IMG/VR virus record: IMGVR_UViG_3300025617_001525
Direction: 5' to 3' (one strand)
From: an uncultured virus (IMG/VR IMGVR_UViG_3300025617_001525)
Taxonomy: Duplodnaviria > Heunggongvirae > Uroviricota > Caudoviricetes
Length of the DNA: 20,000 bases
Shown: one piece after another, positions 7,408 to 14,854 of the stretch
How positions within the stretch are numbered: position 1 is the first letter of the stretch
Layout of the letters: each line of letters opens with the position of its first letter
The notes under the pieces: generated by a model
The model's database searches: none
What the model was told of the DNA's origin: nothing
Seen by the model: the letters and a program-made list of their open reading frames with translations, nothing else
Program-made: the position numbers and the translations under genes

Positions 7408-8199
7408 CTAGATGTTTTTTTGTTTTATGATTGCCTTTTGGCTGTTAAAACAATGGAAAGAAACTATGTGCATTGCATAGTAGCCCGGAACTACATTTTC
7501 CCAAGACGGGTCTCTCTTTTTCATTTGGTCTATAACCCACATTACCTTCCTGCAAGCAAGGTAAATGTCATCTCTAAAATGTCTCATGATGTCACAAGAT
7601 CTTATGAAATAAGATATGTGTAGAAAATCTCCCCTCCTCATGAAATGATATCCAATAGTACATGGAACTCTTTCATTGTGGTGAGCTCCAGTATCCTCTG
7701 GAAACCAAATGGGAAGAAATGCTTGCCTAGTAAATGGCTCTCTTTCTAAAAGATCTAAGACATCATTTAAATCTCCGTATTCATATCTTATACCCTTTAA
7801 GACCTGCTTGGTTAGTTTGCCAGTGGAGTTATTTATTGGTGCTTTTTTTGGCCAGATTCTTTCGGGGTAAGTGTGGGAGAACTTTTCTTCCTTCTTAAAT
7901 TCGCTATTTTTGTTCTGGTTAAAAGGCCACCATTCATTAGAAGGTGGAGGATTGAGTGGCAATCCACCAACTCTTTCATCTAAATGATCATCTGCCCAGG
8001 GTAGATTTGGTTTTACTTCTTCAACAAGCTCTTCTACAGTGTGTGGAATAAACATTTGGAAAGAGTGGTTCATTACTTCCCACATGTCATCCGGGGATAC
8101 TACACCTTGCCACCTTTCGGTTTTTACGACATATCCATAATTATAAAGTCTTTCTTTTGACCACTCGATTGCTTCTGAAGGCTTGTAAAATGTTTTCAT
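7408..8199 (-). CDS. Thymidylate synthase superfamily enzyme, dCMP hydroxymethylase-like
   Basis: TRQA, catalytic VPC, RSCD and SFHCF motifs. RSCDIMRHFRDD places Asp where ThyA (RSCDVFLGLPFN) has Asn and T4 gp42 has Asp. Confidence 0.8.
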   Translation of the reverse strand: MKTFYKPSEAIEWSKERLYNYGYVVKTERWQGVVSPDDMWEVMNHSFQMFIPHTVEELVEEVKPNLPWADDHLDERVGGLPLNPPPSNEWWPFNQNKNSEFKKEEKFSHTYPERIWPKKAPINNSTGKLTKQVLKGIRYEYGDLNDVLDLLEREPFTRQAFLPIWFPEDTGAHHNERVPCTIGYHFMRRGDFLHISYFIRSCDIMRHFRDDIYLACRKVMWVIDQMKKRDPSWENVVPGYYAMHIVSFHCFNSQKAIIKQKNI

Positions 8200-8255
8200 T
8201 AATTCTGTTATAGATCTCTTTATATTCGTATTTTATTTATGTTTCTCTTTTTTAT

Positions 8256-8795
8256 CTAAACCTCAAAGATTTGGTTTATCTCATTTTTTTTGTGTGGCTC
8301 TATGTTGGTTAATTCACCAAGAGGTTTGATATAGAATTCAGAAACTGATACAGTTTCATAGTGGATAAATCCATTACTGAATATTATCTCCTCCGATAGT
8401 CTCCTTTCCTCAGGATCTAAATATTGAACTGAGATTATCTCGGTTCCCCACCTCTCGGGGGAAAATCCTTTCAAGACACGGGATGGAAATTCTGTTTGTT
8501 TTATTAAGAATATTTTGATCTGAGGAACGTTGGTTTTCTCTAGAAACCCATCTACGGTATTTTCATCATCTTTCTCGCAATCTATTAATTTTGCAAGCCT
8601 CCTAAATATTCTTAACTTGTTGTATTTTTCCTCGTCTGGCTGAAGACATAATATCCTCCAATTTCTATCTTCAAACTCAAAAAGGTGGTTTTCAAAAGAC
8701 CAATCTTCTGAAGCTCCATATTCTAAACCACCATATCTATGTTTTACAGGATCTATTAATTCTATTAGTCTATCACAAATAAGTTTTTCGGACAT
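8256..8795 (-). CDS. Degenerate FkbM-like methyltransferase-fold protein
   Basis: GLEYGASED...FE..NWRILCLQPD resembles the FkbM pattern FVE.GA.DG..N...LE...W.G.LIEP, but the xIDxEG motif is absent. Confidence 0.5.
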   Translation of the reverse strand: MSEKLICDRLIELIDPVKHRYGGLEYGASEDWSFENHLFEFEDRNWRILCLQPDEEKYNKLRIFRRLAKLIDCEKDDENTVDGFLEKTNVPQIKIFLIKQTEFPSRVLKGFSPERWGTEIISVQYLDPEERRLSEEIIFSNGFIHYETVSVSEFYIKPLGELTNIEPHKKNEINQIFEV

Positions 8796-8834
8796 AAAAA
8801 AAGCAAGTTTACCTTTATACAGTAAACTTGCTTT
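8796..8834 (-). terminator. Terminator-like hairpin abutting the next start codon
   Basis: Perfect 13-bp inverted repeat AAAGCAAGTTTAC (8800-8812) / GTAAACTTGCTTT (8822-8834), 9-nt loop, T7 on the minus strand immediately before the ATG at 8795. Confidence 0.75.
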
Positions 8835-8854
8835 ATGTTTTCAGATATTTTTAT

Positions 8855-9439
8855 TTAATTACAAGATTCTATCTCGTAATCTCTAAAAGTAGGCTTGGAT
8901 GGTTTTTCATTTGGAAAATAGTAGCAAGAATGAATCTTTCCGTCGAGATATATTTTCTTCGTGAATCCACTAGGAATTGTTGCCCCTGTCGGAAGTACTT
9001 CAGAATTGATGTAATGGACTGTGATTGTTATAAATACCTCACCTTCATTTGCAAGATCCCTCTCATAAGCTTCAAGTAACCTCCAGTGAATCCTATTCAA
9101 GTCTTGGTGCTGCAGAGCACAGTTTAAGTAAGAAAAGGTTTTCTTTAACATCTCTTTGGTGCAATTGAAAGCTGCTGCCGGTGCCATGTGTCCCTTATCC
9201 CACACATTTGCTTTATAGTCGTTGTTATCTGAGGTGTGGATTGAATCGTTCTTATAGAAATCCATTCCCTTTCTAGATGCGCTACCATCAGGACAAAGTA
9301 CCTTGTATTGTACATTTAGTGGCTGCTCTAAAGCTTCAGAGTAAAGTACTGTGTAGATACCAGCATCAATTCTCAGAGTGTCATTCTGGGAAAAAACTAA
9401 TGTTGGCAAAAACAACAGAAGGAGTAAAAATTTCCTCAT
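8855..9439 (-). CDS. DNA/RNA non-specific endonuclease (NucA/Serratia family) with signal peptide
   Basis: MRKFLLLLLFLPTLVFSQ signal peptide, WDKGHMAPA (DRGH motif), TF.Y.N...Q...LN...W..LE. ATG at 9439 preferred over TTG at 9445. Confidence 0.9.
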   Translation of the reverse strand: MRKFLLLLLFLPTLVFSQNDTLRIDAGIYTVLYSEALEQPLNVQYKVLCPDGSASRKGMDFYKNDSIHTSDNNDYKANVWDKGHMAPAAAFNCTKEMLKKTFSYLNCALQHQDLNRIHWRLLEAYERDLANEGEVFITITVHYINSEVLPTGATIPSGFTKKIYLDGKIHSCYYFPNEKPSKPTFRDYEIESCN

Positions 9440-9475
9440 TCTCAATTTTTTTTCCTTTATATATTATTTCTGAGA

Positions 9476-11131
9476 TTAAGTCTTTCTAATGACTATATTA
9501 TTTATTACAAGAATATGGATTCCATTATTATAAAAACTATTTATGGCATCCGAAGGAGATTCAACCACAGGTTCTCCTCTTCCGTTGAATGATGTATTGA
9601 GTAAAAGAGGAATCCCAGACTTATCATAAAACTTGGAAATTAAGTCGTGATATTTCTCATTCATTTCTCTAGTTACTGATTGATATCTTGAGGTAAAGTC
9701 TATATGGGTTACTGCAGGAATTCTTTCCCTCCACTCTGGCTTTACCTTGGTTGTGATAAGCATATATGGAGAAAAACAATCAAGATCAAATATTTCTTTC
9801 CTGTGTTCCTCTAATACAGATGGAGCGAAAGGTCTATACCACTCCCGGTTTTTTATTTCCGAATTTATGTATCTCTCAGCCCACTTTGAAGATGGGTTGG
9901 CCAGGATAGATCTATTCCCAAGAGCTCTTGGACCCGTTTCACTCCCACCTTGGAACCAAGCTACAACTTTGTTTTCCATTAGTTCATCGCTCACTACATC
10001 CAGAAGATCTTCCCAAATTGGGTATTCTTGGAAAGACAAATTTGATATAGCAGTTCCCCAAAAATCTTTCAATACCTCTTCGTTTGTGTATGTTTTGCCA
10101 AGATATGGTTTCAGATAATTACCTTTGGGTAGATTCTGACCATACCAGGCACACCCCAGTGGTATACCGCTGTCATCAGCTGACGGAACATAATATTTGT
10201 TCTCGAATAGATCTGACTTCTCTATGAGTTCGTTCGAATTACAGTTTAGAAAGGATCCACCAGATACACAAAGATTTTCTGAATTAGTAATCTCTTTTGA
10301 TTTTTCAGTGAAAAACATAAGTAACCTTTCTTGCTCCCTCTGATAAACCCCGGCGGCGTTAGATTTTGTCTGGAAGTCTGAGAGATAGCTAACATCAGGG
10401 TCTATGAAACCATGAGGAATATAGACATCATTTTCCAAAAATTCTACGAAATCCGGGTGTTTTCCAACATATTCGGGATCAGCATATGAGGCAAGACCCA
10501 TCAATTTCCCAGCTTGCCAATTGTTTTTGTCTGCTTCATAAACAAGCTGCATTGCGCCAGTCCCATATAAAATACCAACAGAAACCCCACCACCCTTATA
10601 ACCTTCATCGGATAGTTTAATCCACTTTTTATATTTTTCTTCATACCCACCATCTTTGAAATGATAGATAGTTACCGCTTCTGCCAACCTGACATTAGGT
10701 TCTAACGAATCTGGATCTTTAGTAAACCAATCATTAGCTCTTGAACCCGGTGCTACTTCACTACCAGAAGCATCAACTACTAAAACAGCAGACTCTTCAA
10801 AGCCAGAACTGTAAAAAGTGCTGTAAGCATGTGCTAAATGATGTGGTATAAATTCAAGCTTATTACCTGATATACCTGTTATTTCTTCGAATTGCTTACT
10901 ATAATCATCGGGAAGTTCCGTGGTAGTATAAATGAATCTATCAATGTCGGAAAAGCTAATACCTGCATTCTCCACACAATATCTAATTGAAAGCTCCGGG
11001 AGTTGATATTTATAAGCTCCGTCATTTTTAATTCTGCTTAATCTTTCTTCAGTAATTCCTATCAACACTTCTCCGTCCCTGATGAGGACAGATCCCATGT
11101 CGTGACCAACTGATATTCCCAGTGAAATCAT
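9476..11131 (-). CDS. O-carbamoyltransferase, NodU/CmcH/TobZ family
   Basis: 551 aa. GHD, EERLSRIK, HHLAHA, GKLMGLASY, SGG..LNC..N, WFQG..E.GPRALGNRSILA.P, RPFAPSV, LLNTSFN. Confidence 0.93.
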   Translation of the reverse strand: MISLGISVGHDMGSVLIRDGEVLIGITEERLSRIKNDGAYKYQLPELSIRYCVENAGISFSDIDRFIYTTTELPDDYSKQFEEITGISGNKLEFIPHHLAHAYSTFYSSGFEESAVLVVDASGSEVAPGSRANDWFTKDPDSLEPNVRLAEAVTIYHFKDGGYEEKYKKWIKLSDEGYKGGGVSVGILYGTGAMQLVYEADKNNWQAGKLMGLASYADPEYVGKHPDFVEFLENDVYIPHGFIDPDVSYLSDFQTKSNAAGVYQREQERLLMFFTEKSKEITNSENLCVSGGSFLNCNSNELIEKSDLFENKYYVPSADDSGIPLGCAWYGQNLPKGNYLKPYLGKTYTNEEVLKDFWGTAISNLSFQEYPIWEDLLDVVSDELMENKVVAWFQGGSETGPRALGNRSILANPSSKWAERYINSEIKNREWYRPFAPSVLEEHRKEIFDLDCFSPYMLITTKVKPEWRERIPAVTHIDFTSRYQSVTREMNEKYHDLISKFYDKSGIPLLLNTSFNGRGEPVVESPSDAINSFYNNGIHILVINNIVIRKT

Positions 11132-11135
11132 ATTT

Positions 11136-11393
11136 TTATTTAACTTTTATGCCGTATGTACCTTCAAGCCAAGCCATTTCGACCTCAGCATTTCTCCTGT
11201 CTATTTTTGCTACAGACATAATTGAATTTACACCAAACTCAACCCATTCTAAATAGTCGTTTTTGCTTAGTGAATGTTTATAAAACCAATACGGATCTCT
11301 TTCAGCCCTTTCTCTACTCAGACCAGTGTATAGAAGGTGTCTTTCTTTCAATAAGGATATTACCTTTTCTTGACTTTTGGCGTCTATTTTCAT
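11136..11393 (-). CDS. Hypothetical protein
   Basis: 85-aa ORF tightly packed between mgsA and the carbamoyltransferase. Confidence 0.65.
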   Translation of the reverse strand: MKIDAKSQEKVISLLKERHLLYTGLSRERAERDPYWFYKHSLSKNDYLEWVEFGVNSIMSVAKIDRRNAEVEMAWLEGTYGIKVK

Positions 11394-11406
11394 CTTGTCT
11401 TTGAAA

Positions 11407-11769
11407 TTAAAATGTTTTAATCAATCTCTTTGCAGTTGAATAGTTTGTCGCTAAAGGGATATTGTGATGATCACATATCCTCATTAACATCTGTACATCA
11501 GGTTCGTGAGGATGTTTCCCCAATGGATCCCTAAAAAAGATTATCAGATCTATTTCATTCTGAGATGTCATTGCAGCAATCTGTGCATCACCCCCATGGG
11601 GACCAGATAACAATTTTTCCACATCCAGTCCTGCCTGTTCAACATGTGTCCCAGTCGTTCCAGTCGCAACCAGTTCCACGTCTTTCCTCTTAAAGAATTC
11701 CAGATTGTGCATAATGAAAGAAACCATGGATGCTTTCTTTCCGTCGTGTGCTATTATCGCTATTTTCAT
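11407..11769 (-). CDS. mgsA: Methylglyoxal synthase
   Basis: IAHD.KK, ATGTTG, SGP.GGD.QI, FF.DPL, PHEPDV..L.R.CD and P.ATN motifs. Confidence 0.95.
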   Translation of the reverse strand: MKIAIIAHDGKKASMVSFIMHNLEFFKRKDVELVATGTTGTHVEQAGLDVEKLLSGPHGGDAQIAAMTSQNEIDLIIFFRDPLGKHPHEPDVQMLMRICDHHNIPLATNYSTAKRLIKTF

Positions 11770-12155
11770 TGTTGTGAATCTCCTCTCCAGACTCTATACG
11801 AGTCGGAATCAAAATGTTCTGTTGAAACCTCATAAACCACTCCGTCCTTCAATGCTTCCAGCTGGTGTGGTTGACCAGGTCTTTGTCTTACTGAATCCCC
11901 CACTTTAAGTACCTGCTCATTAACTTCTGCAGTTTCTGTGTCTATCCATCTGTAAATGAATTCACCCTCCTGAACGTACCAGGTCTCGTCCTTTATCATA
12001 TGGTAATGCATCGAAAATTTCGCACCACTCTTAAAGCAAAGAAGTTTTCCACAATAGAGTTCATTATTCTCGAATATAATTTCGTGTCCCCAACCTTTGG
12101 GAACATTGCAGCTTGGACATTCGACTGCGTTTATAACTTTAGGTTTTTCCATCAT
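11766..12155 (-). CDS. Cupin-domain protein (sugar isomerase-like)
   Basis: PKGWGHE, SMHYH..KDETWYV..G, PG..H and EVST cupin motifs. Confidence 0.8.
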   Translation of the reverse strand: MMEKPKVINAVECPSCNVPKGWGHEIIFENNELYCGKLLCFKSGAKFSMHYHMIKDETWYVQEGEFIYRWIDTETAEVNEQVLKVGDSVRQRPGQPHQLEALKDGVVYEVSTEHFDSDSYRVWRGDSQQ

Positions 12156-12587
12156 CTATTTCGTAATTAAGCTATCTAACATATCCATGTACCTAGGAAG
12201 TATTCTAACGCTAGCCTCTTCATAATCCATAAACTTAGCATCGTTGATTTCTTCAATCTGTAGCATTGACTGTGGAAGTATTTCTTTTTTTAAACCTATT
12301 TCTTCCAGAGAATCTATGTAGCATTCAAAAATATAAACGGTTTTAAAAACCTTTTTACCCCTCGTATAGTGTATAATATGCTTTTTTCCTAATTGGTGTG
12401 GAAATATTTTTATACCTACCTCCTCATATGTTTCTCTACAAGCTGCTTCTACAGCATCCTCTCCTTTTTCTATATGTCCCTTTGGTGGCATATAACTTCC
12501 AAACCACTTGCTGTTCGAGCTATGACAAAGTAGTATTTTGTTGTCACATACTATAGCAATTCCAGAGGACTCTTCTATCTTTCCCAT
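12156..12587 (-). CDS. NUDIX hydrolase
   Basis: Complete Nudix box GHIEKGEDAVEAACRETYEEVG. Confidence 0.92.
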   Translation of the reverse strand: MGKIEESSGIAIVCDNKILLCHSSNSKWFGSYMPPKGHIEKGEDAVEAACRETYEEVGIKIFPHQLGKKHIIHYTRGKKVFKTVYIFECYIDSLEEIGLKKEILPQSMLQIEEINDAKFMDYEEASVRILPRYMDMLDSLITK

Positions 12588-12619
12588 TTCAAATTCTTTT
12601 ACTTTATTTATCTAGGGAA

Positions 12620-13453
12620 TCAAGAATTTGATACCGCTCTGCCCTTCATTTTTTCCCAGTCTTTCTCCGGTCTGACTTCAAGATTAGTTTTCCAACCTCC
12701 CTCGATGGAGTTCATCTTCAAGCCGTTTGATTCCGCAAATTTCAATATAGCATTCACATCTTTCGGAAAGCATGTTCCACCATACCCTAAACTTCCGTCA
12801 GGACCGGGAACATGCAAATGTGAATCTCCGATTCTACCATCAGAAGCAAATCCATTTAAGGCATCTTCCCAATTAACACCTATTTCATTTCCAAGTCTAT
12901 AGAATTCATTCATTATTGAAACCTTTGTAGCAAAGAATGTGTTATTCATGTACTTTGTATACTCTGCTGTCTTACTGTCAGTAAGAATGAAATTTCTATT
13001 CATGAACCTGTCCTCGAAGAGAGATTTTACCCTTTCTGTTAACCTATGATCTCCACCTAAGATTATCCTTGCCTGCGTTAACATATCTAGCTTAGCAGTT
13101 CTTTCAGTTAAGAATTCCGGGGAAAAAATTATCGCAAAATCTGGATATTTGTCTCCCATCAATTCAGTTGTTCCTGGGAGGACAGTTGATTTGATTATGA
13201 ATATCTGATCTACACTTGGAGATATAGTCCCAAAGAAGTTTTCGATGAATGAAAGGTCTTGTGTACCGTCCATCCTCATTGGTGTTGGTAAACAAACAAA
13301 GATAAATTCTTGCTCCAATGTTTCCTCCAAAGTGTGAGTTGCTTTAAGAGGGTCAATATCATATATTCTCACGTCAGCAATGGGAGAAAAAGCAAACGCC
13401 TGCGCTTCACCAACGAACCCGTTTCCTATAATACCTACTTTTTTCTTTTTCAT
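12620..13453 (-). CDS. UDP-glucose/GDP-mannose dehydrogenase family protein, short form
   Basis: GIIGNGFVG, CLPTP, KSTV.PGTT, SPEFL, K...N...A.K and GYGGTCFPKD (catalytic Cys). At 277 aa it lacks the C-terminal domain. Confidence 0.88.
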   Translation of the reverse strand: MKKKKVGIIGNGFVGEAQAFAFSPIADVRIYDIDPLKATHTLEETLEQEFIFVCLPTPMRMDGTQDLSFIENFFGTISPSVDQIFIIKSTVLPGTTELMGDKYPDFAIIFSPEFLTERTAKLDMLTQARIILGGDHRLTERVKSLFEDRFMNRNFILTDSKTAEYTKYMNNTFFATKVSIMNEFYRLGNEIGVNWEDALNGFASDGRIGDSHLHVPGPDGSLGYGGTCFPKDVNAILKFAESNGLKMNSIEGGWKTNLEVRPEKDWEKMKGRAVSNS

Positions 13454-14292
13454 AATAATGGTTTCAATTTTTGTGCCTCCTCTTGGAGGTTCTTTTTATA
13501 GTGTTTTATCCTTTCGTTTATTCCAAATTTTGGAGACCATCCTGGTAAAATTTTTTCTGTATCGGCACAGGTAAAAAATTGATATCCTTCTGGGATAGCT
13601 GAATGGTCAGTAAATGTGTATGGTATATTTAGAATATCCATAAATACCTCAAACCCAATTGGTGTTGTTGTTCCAATATCAAAGGTTCCTGTTGAACCTA
13701 TTTCCATTGCGTGTATGTTTGCGTTCACGATGTCGTCGACATGAATAAAGTCTCTCCTGGGATTTCCTGGAAAAAGTTCCATATACTCTATTGATTTCTC
13801 AATGTGGTATTTTTTAAAAGCCTGATAAGCTACAGAAGCCATCCGACCCTTTCTATCTTCGCCAGGACCAAAAACATTGAAGTACCTTAAAGAAATTGAA
13901 TTCTCATAGGTGTTAACGTATTTCTCTCCAGCATATTTTGACCATGCATACAAGTTAGCTGGCAATTTTCCATTAGTGCCGTAGTTAGCAGCAGAAGAAG
14001 AATAAACTATCCTTTTTCCATATTTATTACAGAGATCACACAACTTCCTTGTAAATTCAAAGTTGAGATGAAGCATGTAATTTACATCCTTTTCCAGTGT
14101 GTCTGAGCAGGCACCCACATGGAAAACACCATCAATACCTTTATCGAATATACTGATAAGGTGAGGTTCGCACTCAGAAGACATAGCATCATCTATTTCA
14201 AATCCAATTACAATATGTCCTTTGGATGTTAGAAGATCCTTGAGTCTTTTACCTATAAACCCCCGATGACCGGTTACTAAATAAGTTGACAT
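13450..14292 (-). CDS. gmhD: NAD-dependent epimerase, ADP-L-glycero-D-manno-heptose 6-epimerase-like
   Basis: TG..GFIG, FHVGACSDT, YSSSAANYG, P.N.YAWSK, LRYFNVFGPGEDRKGRMASVA and RDFIHVDD, typical of RfaD/HldD/GmhD. Confidence 0.82.
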   Translation of the reverse strand: MSTYLVTGHRGFIGKRLKDLLTSKGHIVIGFEIDDAMSSECEPHLISIFDKGIDGVFHVGACSDTLEKDVNYMLHLNFEFTRKLCDLCNKYGKRIVYSSSAANYGTNGKLPANLYAWSKYAGEKYVNTYENSISLRYFNVFGPGEDRKGRMASVAYQAFKKYHIEKSIEYMELFPGNPRRDFIHVDDIVNANIHAMEIGSTGTFDIGTTTPIGFEVFMDILNIPYTFTDHSAIPEGYQFFTCADTEKILPGWSPKFGINERIKHYKKNLQEEAQKLKPLL

Positions 14293-14312
14293 AGATTAAT
14301 TTTAATATTATC

Positions 14313-14340
14313 TATATCGGAGTAAACCTAAAAAATTTCG
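14313..14340 (-). promoter_or_regulatory. Class A promoter-like motif CGAAA-N18-ATATA upstream of the gmhD-like gene
   Basis: Minus strand CGAAA TTTTTTAGGTTTACTCCG ATATA, 21 nt upstream of the ATG at 14292. Confidence 0.65.
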
Positions 14341-14354
14341 TGGTGTTTGTAATT

Positions 14355-14786
14355 TTACCAATCCAATGTATCTGGATCAATCTCTACGTCGTCATTATAA
14401 TTATAAGCGCCCATCGTAAATTCATATTTCTCATCAAAGGTAGTTGCGCTCACAAAGCCATCTCCTGCACGATCACCATAGCCTCCATCAAAGTCATCAA
14501 AGAAAATAACCTCGTTTTTACCGTCGGGTCTCATAATTTCGAACCAGTGTGTGTCGGAAGGGATTTTGTAATTCTGACTGTCAATATTATTCCAACTAAG
14601 ATAGTGGTCAAACCATCCCTTTTCTTTATGATACTTTTTGATAAGATCTATAATCTCATCTCTATCATCAACATGACTAAGGGTCCTTATGACTTTTACC
14701 CCTCTGTTATGCTTTTGCTTTGGCCACCTAGAATATTTTCCCCTAGGAAAATTACTGAATGATTCAAAAATATCTACATATTTCAT
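14355..14786 (-). CDS. Hypothetical acidic protein, possibly virion-internal
   Basis: Second ATG (14786) preferred because the class B motif overlaps the first. N-terminus MKYVDIFESF. Confidence 0.65.
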   Translation of the reverse strand: MKYVDIFESFSNFPRGKYSRWPKQKHNRGVKVIRTLSHVDDRDEIIDLIKKYHKEKGWFDHYLSWNNIDSQNYKIPSDTHWFEIMRPDGKNEVIFFDDFDGGYGDRAGDGFVSATTFDEKYEFTMGAYNYNDDVEIDPDTLDW

Positions 14787-14854
14787 TGCCATATATATTT
14801 AATGGCAGGAATGTTATTACACATATTTTCTGATTAAAAATCTCGATTCGGATT

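Noticed and set aside
7408..8199. Calling the TS-family gene thyA
   Set aside because: It has Asp rather than Asn at the specificity site and lacks the LG.PFN motif.
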